A DNA stretch of 64,000 nt, taken from Chloroflexota bacterium (GTDB lineage Bacteria > Chloroflexota > UBA6077 > FW602-bin22 > JACPRP01). Positions 1 through 9,072 of the stretch are shown here, piece by piece (position 1 is the first letter of the stretch; every line of letters begins with the position of its first letter). The notes beneath the pieces are model-generated. The model had not been told where the DNA came from, made no database searches, and saw nothing but the letters and a program-made list of their open reading frames with translations. The stretch spans positions 27,669 to 91,668 of the forward strand of contig JAMCWX010000001.1 of assembly GCA_023480885.1 (NCBI GenBank). Reading direction: 5' to 3'. Made by a program: the position numbers and the translations under genes.

Positions 1-1
1 C

Positions 2-457
2 GTTCGCCAGATAAGCGTAGAAGCCAGAGGACGCGAGGTTTCCAAATGGGATCAACCCATTGTCGACAGCAACGGTGAAGGACGTGTTGATATTGTATGC
101 GGACGGATAGATGGTACGCTTCATTTTCTTTTTCGCCCTTATGCTGAAGCTGGATTGTACCATCGTGTGGAGCTTGGCCCCACTCTTGTGAAAGAGCCTG
201 GCTGCAACGGAGATATGGATGCTTCGATTGGCTACTCGGATGCTGTCGTGCGGGCCGAGTGTCGCCAATCCGAGGAGGGTGGCCGTTTCTTTCGAGATAT
301 CAATCACTACAGAATTGTGGACGTGGGCGAAGCTCCTGAGGCTCCTTCTGGGTGGCGCTGGCTTACGTTAGCCCAAATCCGGGTGTTGCTGGACGAAGAT
401 GGGTGGTTCACTAATGAAGCCAGAGGCGTATTGGCCCTGTTACTCCCCTGGCTTTAG
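2..457 (+). CDS. NDP-hexose 2,3-dehydratase-like protein, C-terminal fragment (5' end outside window)
   Basis: The frame of track ORF 155..457 stays open back to nt 2, so the gene enters from the left edge. The tail SEEGGRFFRDINHYRIVDV...WRWLTLAQIRVLL...NEARGVLALL matches my memory of the EvaA/TylX3-type sugar 2,3-dehydratase C-terminus. Not searched. Confidence 0.55.
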   Translation, partial: VRQISVEARGREVSKWDQPIVDSNGEGRVDIVCGRIDGTLHFLFRPYAEAGLYHRVELGPTLVKEPGCNGDMDASIGYSDAVVRAECRQSEEGGRFFRDINHYRIVDVGEAPEAPSGWRWLTLAQIRVLLDEDGWFTNEARGVLALLLPWL

Positions 458-486
458 GTCATTCCTCTGATAAAGGGTATGATGTT

Positions 487-547
487 CACAACGGAGGCAC
501 GGAGAAGATCAGAGGGTTCCCCTCCGTGCCTCCGCGCCTCCGTGGTG
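487..547. repeat. Palindromic REP-like element, family B (arm consensus CACCACGGAGGCACAGAG)
   Basis: Perfect 12-bp inverted repeat GGAGGCACGGAG (493-504) / CTCCGTGCCTCC (522-533) with a 17-nt loop. The right arm is partly duplicated (CCTCCGTG at 521-528 and 537-544). A second copy of the same arms lies at 22958-23026. This copy sits 30 nt after the stop of the upstream gene. Confidence 0.7.
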
Positions 548-592
548 AGCCCTACCACCGTCCTAACCATACAGCCGTCCGAGCCCACAGGG

Positions 593-621
593 TTGCACCA
601 ATGGCTGCCGTATGCTATAAT
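593..621 (+). promoter_or_regulatory. Candidate sigma70-type promoter of the rpmI-rplT-pheST operon (extended -10)
   Basis: TTGCAC (593-598), 17-nt spacer, then TGcTATAAT (613-621). It lies 49 nt upstream of the rpmI ATG. Confidence 0.45.
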
Positions 622-669
622 CCCATCTGTTGTTTACCTGGATTTGGTCGCCAGAGGAGTGTTTTCTTA

Positions 670-876
670 ATGGCAAAGTACAAGTTGAAGACGCATAAGG
701 GCACGCAGAAGCGCATTAGCATCAGCGGCAGCGGCAAGATTATGCGCACCAAGGGCGGCAAGAGCCACCTTCGCCGCAAGAGGTCGGCGCGCGCCAAGCG
801 CCTCTACGACGAAATGCTGGTCGCCAGCACGTCCGACGCACGCAGGCTGCGCAAGCTCATTCCCTACGGCGTCTAA
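670..876 (+). CDS. rpmI: 50S ribosomal protein L35
   Basis: MAKYKLKTHKGTQKRISISGSGKIMRTKGGKSHLRRKRS... is a typical L35 sequence. ATG at 670 is internal to track ORF 526..876, and the upstream extension covers the promoter and repeat. GAGGAG lies upstream. Confidence 0.95.
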   Translation: MAKYKLKTHKGTQKRISISGSGKIMRTKGGKSHLRRKRSARAKRLYDEMLVASTSDARRLRKLIPYGV

Positions 877-899
877 CGATCACTGGCAGAGTTGCTGAG

Positions 900-930
900 T
901 GATGGCCAGTTCGGCCATCATTTAGTTTGT
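900..930 (+). promoter_or_regulatory. Hairpin plus T-rich tract between rpmI and rplT (possible attenuator or L20 operator)
   Basis: TGATGGCC-agttc-GGCCATCA (900-920, 8-bp stem) is followed by TTTAGTTTGT (921-930). A second palindrome, TGTGCGGCCCGCACA, follows at 928-942, just before the rplT RBS. Confidence 0.25.
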
Positions 931-962
931 GCGGCCCGCACAGTCCCAAGGAGGTTACCGAA

Positions 963-1325
963 TTGACAAGAGTCAAAAGAGGTGTGGCAGCGCACCAAAA
1001 GCATAAGAAGGTCCTGAAGCTGACCAAGGGCCAGAGAGCTACCCGAAGCAAGCTTTTCCGCAGGGCGAACGAAGCCATGCTGAAGTCTCTCTCCTATGCC
1101 TATCGGGACAGGCGGGCGAAGAAGGGCGAGTTCCGCAAGCTTTGGATCACTCGCATCAACGCCGCGGCGCGAGAGGCGGGCCTCTCCTACAGCAAGCTGA
1201 TTCAGGGGCTGTCAGCCGCCGGCATCGACATCAACCGCAAGATGCTGGCAGAGCTCGCGATCAGCGATCAGGCTGCTTTTGTCCGCGTCGTCGAATCGGC
1301 GAAAGCGGCTGTCCAGGTCGCCTGA
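963..1325 (+). CDS. rplT: 50S ribosomal protein L20
   Basis: (M)[37 protein letters not shown]... is the canonical L20 N-terminus. The TTG at 963 is preceded by AAGGAGG (949-955). The track ORF starts 12 codons earlier at 927. Confidence 0.93.
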   Translation: MTRVKRGVAAHQKHKKVLKLTKGQRATRSKLFRRANEAMLKSLSYAYRDRRAKKGEFRKLWITRINAAAREAGLSYSKLIQGLSAAGIDINRKMLAELAISDQAAFVRVVESAKAAVQVA

Positions 1326-1345
1326 ACCGCTTCCGATCAGCCTGA

Positions 1346-2146
1346 ATGATTACCAGCACGTCCAACGAGAAAGTCAAGTACGTCAGATCGCTGCGTCGTG
1401 CTGAGGTTCGCAGGCAAGAGCGAAGCTTCATCGTCGAAGGCGTGCGTCTGGTCGAGGAAGCGCTTAGAGCTGGTCTGCAACCCGCTCTAGTCTTCGCCAA
1501 TCTCGATCAGATGGAAAAGACAGCCCGCGGACGGCATCTCTTGGCTCGGCTTCAAGAATTCCACCCGATCGCCGTCAGCGAGCGCGTTCTCGAATACGCC
1601 GCCGAAACTGTAACCCCTCAGGGGGTAGTAGCCGTGCTGCCGATGCCAGCGGTCGAGGAGGAACCTGGAGACCTCGGGCCTTTGGCGCTTGTATTGGATG
1701 GATTGCGCGACCCTGGCAACGTGGGCACGATTCTTCGGTCAGCCGAGGCCAGCGGCGTCAAAGCGGTGATCCTGACGCCAGATTGCGCCGACGTTTTCAG
1801 CCCCAAGGTTGTTCGCGCGGCGATGGGCGCGCATTTCAGGCTCAAGCTCTTGCCTGAGCGAGACTGGACGAACATCAAGCATCTCTTGAAACACAGGCCC
1901 ATTTGGGTCGCCAGCGCAGGGCAAGGCGTTAGCTACTTCCAAGTCGACTGGACGCGAGAAGCGGGGCTGGTCGTCGGGAGCGAAGCCGCTGGCCCAAGCC
2001 AGGAAGCGCAGAACGCCGCCACGGGGTTCGTGCAAATCCCCATGGCCGGCGAAGCGGAATCCCTGAACGCCGCCATCGCCGCGAGTGTGATAATGTTCGA
2101 GGCCCTGCGACAGCGGATGGCCGGTGAAGGTGTGAAACTTGATTGA
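1346..2146 (+). CDS. TrmH/SpoU-family RNA 2'-O-methyltransferase
   Basis: SpoU motifs are present: LDGLRDPGNVGTILRSAEASG, VVGSEAAGPS and IPMAGEAESLNAAIAASVIMFE. The N-terminal part resembles the substrate-binding domain. Confidence 0.85.
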   Translation: MITSTSNEKVKYVRSLRRAEVRRQERSFIVEGVRLVEEALRAGLQPALVFANLDQMEKTARGRHLLARLQEFHPIAVSERVLEYAAETVTPQGVVAVLPMPAVEEEPGDLGPLALVLDGLRDPGNVGTILRSAEASGVKAVILTPDCADVFSPKVVRAAMGAHFRLKLLPERDWTNIKHLLKHRPIWVASAGQGVSYFQVDWTREAGLVVGSEAAGPSQEAQNAATGFVQIPMAGEAESLNAAIAASVIMFEALRQRMAGEGVKLD

Positions 2147-3176
2147 TCAATTGAACAAGTTGAGAGACGAAGCTCTGGCCGAGCTAAGCTCTATCCACGA
2201 TCTTGGCGAGTTGGAAGTCTGGCGCGTCAAGTACCTCGGGAAAAAAGGCGCCCTGACCGCCATGCTGCGCCAGCTCGGGACCCTTTCCCCCGAAGAACGT
2301 CCTGCCGTCGGGCAGGCCGCCAACCAGGTCAAGGCCAGGCTCGAAAGCCAGTTCGCCGAGAAAGAAGCCGAGCTACAGCAGGCCGCCAGGGCGTTGGCGA
2401 TGGAGCGCGAGCGGGTGGATGTAACCCTGCCAGGACGTCCCCTGGCCCTGGGCCAGTTGCACCCGACCACGCGCGTGCTCAAAGAGATACTCGACGCTTT
2501 CGTCACTATGGGCTTCCAGGTTGTCGAGGGCCCCGAAGTGGAATGGGACTACTATAACTTCGAGGCGCTCAACATCCCGAAGGACCATCCCGCCAGGGAC
2601 ATGTGGGACACGTTCTACGTCTCTATGGACGGCAAGCCAGGCGAGATGCTTCTCAGGACGCACACCTCGCCCAATCAGGTCAGGGTTATGGAAAAGACTC
2701 GGCCGCCCGTTCGCGTGATCGTCCCCGGGAAATGCTATCGCTACGAGGCCATCGACCCTTCACACGAGAGCATGTTCTATCAGGTCGAGGGACTGGCCAT
2801 CGACGAGAACATAACCTTCGCCGACATGAAAGGCACGCTATCTGCCTTTGCGCGTATGCTCTTCGGCCAGGATCGTAAAGTCCGGTTCCGCTGCGACTAC
2901 TTCCCGTTCGTCGAGCCTGGCGTGGACATGTCCATCGACTGCTACGTCTGCAAAGGCGCTGGCTGCCGTTTATGCGGCTCCACTGGCTGGCTGGAGATCA
3001 TGGGCGCTGGCATGGTCCATCCCAAAGAGCTCGAGCGCGTCGGCTACGATCCCAGCGTCTACAGCGGCTTTGCCTTCGGCCTGGGACCCGAGCGCATCGC
3101 CATGCTCAAGAGCGGAATCGACGATATCAGGCTGTTCTACAGCAACGACCTACGTTTCCTGAGACAATTCCGGTAG
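2139..3176 (+). CDS. pheS: Phenylalanine--tRNA ligase alpha subunit
   Basis: VWRVKYLGKKGALT...EERPAVGQAAN, class II motifs GKCYRYEAIDPSHESMFYQVEGL and GFAFGLGPERIAML. The TTG start overlaps the upstream stop by 8 nt. Confidence 0.95.
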   Translation: MIDQLNKLRDEALAELSSIHDLGELEVWRVKYLGKKGALTAMLRQLGTLSPEERPAVGQAANQVKARLESQFAEKEAELQQAARALAMERERVDVTLPGRPLALGQLHPTTRVLKEILDAFVTMGFQVVEGPEVEWDYYNFEALNIPKDHPARDMWDTFYVSMDGKPGEMLLRTHTSPNQVRVMEKTRPPVRVIVPGKCYRYEAIDPSHESMFYQVEGLAIDENITFADMKGTLSAFARMLFGQDRKVRFRCDYFPFVEPGVDMSIDCYVCKGAGCRLCGSTGWLEIMGAGMVHPKELERVGYDPSVYSGFAFGLGPERIAMLKSGIDDIRLFYSNDLRFLRQFR

Positions 3177-3184
3177 GTTAATCG

Positions 3185-5707
3185 ATGAAAGTACCACTTA
3201 GCTGGCTAAGAGAATACGTCGACCTCGTTCTTCCCGTGGAGGAAATCGCCAGACGCCTGACCATGGCAGGCACAGAGGTAGAGGCTATCTGCTATATCGG
3301 CTCGGACTGGCGCAACATCTACGTGGGCCAGATCACGAAGCTTTCGCCGCACCCTAACGCGGACCGCTTGCAACTGGTCACTGTGGACTACGGCGGCAAG
3401 CAGATCACCGTGGTTGCCGGCGCTTTCAACATCAAGGAAGGCGACAAGGTGCCTCTCGCCCTCGCAGGAGCCAGGGTCATCGATTCCCACGCTCCCGAGC
3501 CAGTCGAGGTCATCCTCAAGCCCACGAAGCTGCGCGGCGTCCTGTCCGAGGGCATGGTCTGCTCCGCCAAAGAGCTGGGCATCTCCAGCGACCATTCAGG
3601 CATCTTGATCCTGGATCCCGACACCCCGGTTGGCGCCGAGCTTCGCGAAGTGCTTGGCGACGTCGTCTTCGAGCTAAACGTGACGCCAAATCGACCCGAC
3701 CTGCTGTCGATGATCGGCGTGGCGCGTGAGGTCGCTGCTCTGACCGGCCAGAAGATGCGCGTTCCAGAGTCGCGTTTTGAAGAGATCGACACGCCTGCCA
3801 GCGACTTCATCGAGATCGAGATACTAGATCCCGACCTGTGCCATCGTTACTCAGCAACGGTTATCAGGGATGTGAAGATCGGCCCATCTCCCAAATGGAT
3901 GCAGGAGCGTCTGTCCGCGGCGGGAATGAGGCCCATCAATAATATAGTCGACGTCACCAACTACGTGATGCTCGAGTGGGGCCAGCCGTTGCACGCCTTC
4001 GACTACGATCTGATCGGTGACCACAAGATCATCGTGCGCCGCGCGCGCCAAGGAGAGGACATGACCACCCTCGACGGCGTCGAGCGCAAGCTCACTTCCG
4101 ACATGCTCGTCATCGCCGACGCAAAACACCCCGTGGCGATCGCCGGCGTGATGGGTGGCGCCGACAGCGAGGTGAGCGACGCAACCAGGAACATCTTGCT
4201 GGAATCGGCCAACTTCGACCGCGTCGTCAATCGTCGCACCTCGCACGCCTTGCGCTTGCCCAGCGAGGCATCGCGCCGCTTCGAGAAGGGGCTGCCCGAG
4301 GAGCTTACGATTCCCGCCGTGATGCGAGCGACCCAGTTGATGCACGACCTAGCCTCCGGCTCGGTAGCTAAAGGAGTCGTCGATAACTATCCGATCAAGC
4401 CAGTTCCTGTGCACGTCACACTCACCACCAGGGAAGTGGAGCGGCTGCTTGGCGTCTCCTACGGCGTAGAGCAGATCGAGAGCATACTCAAGCCCCTGGG
4501 TTTCGAGACCACCGCAACGGATGGGGCTCTCGACGTGAAGGTGCCGATGCATCGGCCCGACGCGACGCTTCCCGCCGACCTCGTCGAGGAAGTGGCCAGG
4601 ATGGTCGGCTACGACAACATACCGACGACGATGCTTAATGGACGTCTGCCACAGTCACGCGTAAACGAATCCCTGCGATGGGAAGCCATCGCCAGAGATG
4701 CACTGGTAGGCAGCGGCTTCACCGAGATAATCACCTATTCCCTGATTAGCCGCGAGCGGATGCGGAAGCTCGTGCCCAGCGAGGCTGAGGGGGAGAAGCT
4801 CCTGAGCCTTGCCGACAACGTCCTCGGCGCCATCAACAGCAGGATCTCCGTGCTCGGCGTGCACCCGTTGCTGGTCGTCAATCCATTGACCTCCGAGATG
4901 GAGTGCCTGCGGACGACGCTGTTCGTGAACATGCTCGAGACCATTCGCAACAACCTGCGGTACATCGACAAGGACGTCGATCTCTTCGAGATTGGCCGGA
5001 TATACCTGCCGCGTGGCGAGGACCTGCCCGAAGAGCGCCGCGTCATCGCCGCTGGCATGAGCGCCTACAAATCAGGTGGCGATTGGGGAACGAAACAAGA
5101 GGCCAGTTTCTTCGACCTGAAGGCCGCGGCGCAGGCCGTGCTGGAGCGAATGGGCATCGACGTCTACAGTTTCGTGCCCGTGTCGCATCCGACGTTCCAC
5201 CCTGGGAAGACAGCCGCCGTCGTCATCGGCGTCGACGCCACCACCCTGGCGCGAGAAGGAGTGAAAGCCATCAAACCAGAGCAAGTGGTGGGGATCCTTG
5301 GCGAGGTGAACCCCGACGTAAGGGCCAACTTCGACGTCGACGAGCGCGTGCACCTGATGGGACTCGACCTCGACAGCCTGGTAGGGGCAGCCGTGTGGGA
5401 CCGCGAGTATCGACCGCTGCCCAAGTTCCCGCCAGTCGAGCAAGACATCGCCGTGGTGGTCGGCATCGACATCCCGGCCGAGCTGGTGAAGGAGACGATA
5501 CTGCGCGCCGGTGGAAAGCTCGTAAAATCCGTCGACCTCTTCGACGTGTATCAGGGCCCTGGCATACCCGATGGCAAGCGCAGCATCGCCTATCACCTCG
5601 TCTACCAGGCAGCGGACAGAACGCTCCGAGACGAAGAAGTCAGCCGCGTCCAGCAGCACATCGAAAGCGTCCTCAACAAAGAGCTGCAGGCGACGCTACG
5701 GCGGTAA
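3185..5707 (+). CDS. pheT: Phenylalanine--tRNA ligase beta subunit
   Basis: 840 aa. N-terminal tRNA-binding domain (ITKLSPHPNADRLQLVTVDYGG), B3/4 and B5 regions, and a C-terminal FDX-ACB-like end. It follows pheS after 8 nt. Confidence 0.95.
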   Translation: MKVPLSWLREYVDLVLPVEEIARRLTMAGTEVEAICYIGSDWRNIYVGQITKLSPHPNADRLQLVTVDYGGKQITVVAGAFNIKEGDKVPLALAGARVIDSHAPEPVEVILKPTKLRGVLSEGMVCSAKELGISSDHSGILILDPDTPVGAELREVLGDVVFELNVTPNRPDLLSMIGVAREVAALTGQKMRVPESRFEEIDTPASDFIEIEILDPDLCHRYSATVIRDVKIGPSPKWMQERLSAAGMRPINNIVDVTNYVMLEWGQPLHAFDYDLIGDHKIIVRRARQGEDMTTLDGVERKLTSDMLVIADAKHPVAIAGVMGGADSEVSDATRNILLESANFDRVVNRRTSHALRLPSEASRRFEKGLPEELTIPAVMRATQLMHDLASGSVAKGVVDNYPIKPVPVHVTLTTREVERLLGVSYGVEQIESILKPLGFETTATDGALDVKVPMHRPDATLPADLVEEVARMVGYDNIPTTMLNGRLPQSRVNESLRWEAIARDALVGSGFTEIITYSLISRERMRKLVPSEAEGEKLLSLADNVLGAINSRISVLGVHPLLVVNPLTSEMECLRTTLFVNMLETIRNNLRYIDKDVDLFEIGRIYLPRGEDLPEERRVIAAGMSAYKSGGDWGTKQEASFFDLKAAAQAVLERMGIDVYSFVPVSHPTFHPGKTAAVVIGVDATTLAREGVKAIKPEQVVGILGEVNPDVRANFDVDERVHLMGLDLDSLVGAAVWDREYRPLPKFPPVEQDIAVVVGIDIPAELVKETILRAGGKLVKSVDLFDVYQGPGIPDGKRSIAYHLVYQAADRTLRDEEVSRVQQHIESVLNKELQATLRR

Positions 5708-5910
5708 GCCGTCGCTGCTGTCCAAACGACGGGGAAACGACCAATGAGTCGAGCGCCTTAGACTGGGGCCATACGTACGACCGCCGGTATACTACTGCAA
5801 GCGAGAGTAACGGCGTCCTTTCACACTTCCCCGATACATCGAGAAAGCTCAGCGCAACTGATACCTGGCAGAGTCGCGACAGGTTGTCCCTATCACAGAC
5901 ACTCCTCGAA

Positions 5911-5939
5911 TTGACGGCCCGAAGCGGAACCAATATAAT
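5911..5939 (+). promoter_or_regulatory. Near-consensus sigma70-type promoter ahead of glycan cluster 1
   Basis: TTGACG (5911-5916), 17-nt spacer, TATAAT (5934-5939). The flippase start is at 6046. Confidence 0.5.
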
Positions 5940-6045
5940 TCAGCAGATGAAGAATGCATTCGTGCTTCTGTCGGTCGCGCTGGAAAGCAGAGTCTCGCCG
6001 TGAGCGTTCAGCTTGGCTTGCACCGAGAACTGAAGGAACTGCCCG

Positions 6046-7584
6046 TTGGATAGGGCGCAAAGGCTCGTCAGCAACATAGCCTACAATTTTCTCTCCCAGG
6101 CATGGCTCGCGGCTCTCAACCTGGTAACCCTGCCATACATAGTGCGGCAGCTCGGAGTTGACGCCTATGGCGTTCTGGTGATGGTAACCGTTGTAGTTGG
6201 CTACCTTGCCTTTCTCGACCTCGGTTTGGGCTCGGCAGTTCAGAAATACGTCGCTGAGTACTACGCGAAAAGAGACTTCAAGGCGCTTGAAGCTACCATA
6301 GGCACCGCCACCGTAGTCTATGTGGTGGTAGGCCTTTTGGGTGCCCTCGGGATGGCCGGTTTCGCGGGATTGCTAGTGGATAGGCTCCTCAGAGTCCCGG
6401 CAGAGTTGCAGGAAGTAACTCGCGTCGCTTTCTATATCGGATCGATAGGCGTCTTGGCAAGCATGCCTCTAAGCGTCTTCGCGGCGGTGCCTCTTGCCTT
6501 ACAGAGATTTGACCTGGCTGGAAAGCGTAATCTCCTCATAGGCACTGTGAATACACTGCTAACGGTTGCCCTGCTGGCGATGGGTTATGGGCTCAGGGAG
6601 ATCGTGCTAGTCAACGTACTGCTCAATGTCGTCAGCGTGCTGGTCTTTGTCATAGTCACGAGGCAACTGCTCCCGGAGATATCCCTGCTTCCGCGCTTTC
6701 GCATGGAATCTGCGAAGAGTCTCTACAGTTTTGCCCTGTTCAAGTTCGTGGGCCAATTGAGCGGAATGGCAGTATTCCAGCTAGATCGTCTGCTCGTAGG
6801 ACTATTCCTGCCTATCGGCTGGGTGAGTTACTACGCCGTGCCTCTGACCTTCTCCCAAAAGATAATGACCGCCGTGGGCAACATCAGCGGCCCACTGTTC
6901 CCTGCTGCGACCGAGCTACACAGTCTGGGTCTTACTCCTTCTCTTCAACGCCTATATATACGCGCAATGAAGGTCATCGCCGCGATTGCCATTCCCACGA
7001 GCGTGGTTCTCATCGTGTTTGCTGACAAGATACTGCTTTTCTGGGCTGGTCCCGACTTTGCCGACAAAAGCTCGCTGACGCTCCGTCTGCTCGCCGGGGC
7101 ATTCTTGCTGATTGCTTTCACGCCGGTTCCTGCGCTCGTTGCCGACGGAGTTGGCAGGCCCAGAATCAACGCTGTGGCCAGCAGTTTGAGCGCCGTCCTT
7201 AATGTGATACTCTGCCTTGCGCTCATCCCTACCATCGGAATCGACGGCGCTGCCTTAGCACTGCTGGTAAACCAGGTCATCGTCGTGCCGTTTTTCCTTC
7301 TTTACGTCAACAAGAATGTTGTAAGACTCCCGGTCAAAGATTTCCTGGGAGGCGCTTTCCTCAGGCCCTTCCTTCTCGGGGCGCTTCTGGCGCTCTTGCT
7401 TATGTTAGCGCACGACTTTGCCAGCAATGTCCTCATTCTTGTCATCGAGTTGATGACTGGCGGATGCGTTTATCTGATAGGCTGCTTTGCGCTGAACGTC
7501 ATTGACCGAAGGGACCACGACGCGATTCAAGACTGGTTGGCAAGGAGCTATAGGGGCAGTTGGAATCCGTTCAGAATGAGGTAG
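6046..7584 (+). CDS. Wzx-type (MOP superfamily) polysaccharide flippase
   Basis: 512 aa and polytopic throughout. The N-terminus NIAYNFLSQAWLAALNLVTLPYIVRQLGVDAYGV is typical of polysaccharide-biosynthesis (Wzx/RfbX) proteins. TTG start. Confidence 0.8.
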   Translation: MDRAQRLVSNIAYNFLSQAWLAALNLVTLPYIVRQLGVDAYGVLVMVTVVVGYLAFLDLGLGSAVQKYVAEYYAKRDFKALEATIGTATVVYVVVGLLGALGMAGFAGLLVDRLLRVPAELQEVTRVAFYIGSIGVLASMPLSVFAAVPLALQRFDLAGKRNLLIGTVNTLLTVALLAMGYGLREIVLVNVLLNVVSVLVFVIVTRQLLPEISLLPRFRMESAKSLYSFALFKFVGQLSGMAVFQLDRLLVGLFLPIGWVSYYAVPLTFSQKIMTAVGNISGPLFPAATELHSLGLTPSLQRLYIRAMKVIAAIAIPTSVVLIVFADKILLFWAGPDFADKSSLTLRLLAGAFLLIAFTPVPALVADGVGRPRINAVASSLSAVLNVILCLALIPTIGIDGAALALLVNQVIVVPFFLLYVNKNVVRLPVKDFLGGAFLRPFLLGALLALLLMLAHDFASNVLILVIELMTGGCVYLIGCFALNVIDRRDHDAIQDWLARSYRGSWNPFRMR

Positions 7585-7638
7585 TGCCGATGCGCATCGC
7601 TCGACGAGAGCAGAGGCCTGATGTAACCAGTTGCAGGA

Positions 7639-9072
7639 GTGGGAACTGAAGTGCGAAGAGTGCTCTTGATACATCCGCTGCGGAAGAACTTGGTCAGCAA
7701 TACGTCTCACCTCGGCCTAGCGATGCTGGCCGGCGTGCTTCGCAAAGCAGGTCACCAGGTTATGGTGCTTGATTACGTGCTGTTGAACCGAGTGTTGCAG
7801 GGCCGTCCGCCCGCGGTCGGAGAAATGATCGCAGAATTTCAGCCGGATGTCGTCGGAGTATCGCTCTACACTTCAACAATAGAAGAGTCGCGAGCAATGG
7901 TAGCTGAAGTGCGCAAGCTGGGGATACCTACTGTTGTGGGGGGACCTCACGCCACACTTAATGGACCGGAATTGGTCCAGCAAAACGTGGCAGATTATAT
8001 TGTTATGGGCGAGGCTGAGCTATCCATCGAGAACGTGGTGCGTTCTGCCCAAGCTCGGTCAGTGCCTGAGTTAGTTGAGTCCCCTTTGCCCGACCCTAAG
8101 GCGCTTCCCGAGCCCGACTTCACTGCGTTTTATCGATACGAATGGATCGATGTGTATCCATTGCTGACCAGCAGAGGCTGCCCTTTTGGCTGTTCCTTCT
8201 GCGCGGTAAGGCAGATTTCGTCAAGGAAGTGGCGAGCCAAGGATCCTCTCGCCTGCGTAAACGAATTAAGAACTGCAATACAGCAGCTCCCAAAGCTGCA
8301 AACGGTTGAGGTTTCAGACGACTGTCCTACCGCTAATGTTGCGCATTTCAAGTCCTTCTTGAAGCTGTACGTCGAGCACGAAATTGGCCTGAAGATGAGA
8401 ATCGCGAATATGCGGGCGGACAGCGTTGATGAGGAGCTTGTCTCGCTTGTTAGGGCTGCAGGCTGCGACTACCTCTGCATTGCAGCCGAGCACGGTCACC
8501 CCGAAGTCTTCGCTTCGATCAACAAAGGCGAGACCCTGGACGACATTCGGCGCGCGGGAACGCTCATTTCTAAGGCAGGACTCGAACTGCAGATGTGCTT
8601 CATTATTGGCCTGCCTGGAGATAGCCTCGACAAGACAAAGTACTCCATTGCCCTGGCCAAGGAATTGAGGCCAAAGGGTATCTTCTGGAACATGGCGCAC
8701 CCGTTTAAGGGCACGCCAATGCGAGAGTGGTACGAAGCCAACGGGACGATCATCGATGACAACGTAGATTACACCTCTTACGTCGGCGATGGCTTCCGAT
8801 TAGATGAACCAATCGTGGAGACCAGTGACTTTACGAGAGAAGAACGCCGAAAGGCCAACTACCTTGCTGTGGTTGAAACTGGGCAGTACAGGTTGAACGC
8901 GAACAACGTGTATCGAGTTCTGGCCTTCGGTGCTAAGTACGGCTACTTGCCAGTAGCTGTCCGCGCGCTGCTTGCCAAAACGTTTGCAGCCGCCCTGAAC
9001 ATCGTGAGACCAGCCCCACGCCCGGTGGAACTGCCGGCAATCAAGAGCTCGCGGAGTAATGGAGAATCTTGA
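7639..9072 (+). CDS. B12-binding-domain radical SAM enzyme
   Basis: N-terminal Rossmann-like B12-binding region (VLLIHP...GLAMLAGVLRKAGHQVMVLD...VVGVSLYT...VVGGPHAT), followed by the CX3CX2C cluster SRGCPFGCSFCAV. A GTG at 7651 is an alternative start. Confidence 0.8.
   Translation: MGTEVRRVLLIHPLRKNLVSNTSHLGLAMLAGVLRKAGHQVMVLDYVLLNRVLQGRPPAVGEMIAEFQPDVVGVSLYTSTIEESRAMVAEVRKLGIPTVVGGPHATLNGPELVQQNVADYIVMGEAELSIENVVRSAQARSVPELVESPLPDPKALPEPDFTAFYRYEWIDVYPLLTSRGCPFGCSFCAVRQISSRKWRAKDPLACVNELRTAIQQLPKLQTVEVSDDCPTANVAHFKSFLKLYVEHEIGLKMRIANMRADSVDEELVSLVRAAGCDYLCIAAEHGHPEVFASINKGETLDDIRRAGTLISKAGLELQMCFIIGLPGDSLDKTKYSIALAKELRPKGIFWNMAHPFKGTPMREWYEANGTIIDDNVDYTSYVGDGFRLDEPIVETSDFTREERRKANYLAVVETGQYRLNANNVYRVLAFGAKYGYLPVAVRALLAKTFAAALNIVRPAPRPVELPAIKSSRSNGES

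Noticed and set aside
526-669. A 48-codon N-terminal extension of rpmI, and the overlapping 63-aa ORF 479..670.
   Set aside because: Both are read through the family B repeat and the promoter. L35 homology starts at the ATG at 670.
2100-2200. A T-box or attenuator leader upstream of pheS.
   Set aside because: The pheS start overlaps the stop of the preceding methyltransferase gene, so there is no leader. pheST is simply co-transcribed with rpmI-rplT.
4903-6003. A 366-aa plus-strand ORF overlapping the 3' third of pheT and running into the intergenic region.
   Set aside because: It lies in an alternative frame of a firmly identified gene. The product is extremely Arg/Pro/Gly-rich low-complexity sequence, typical of an off-frame read in GC-rich DNA. 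Only its last 18 codons, after the promoter, are discussed separately.
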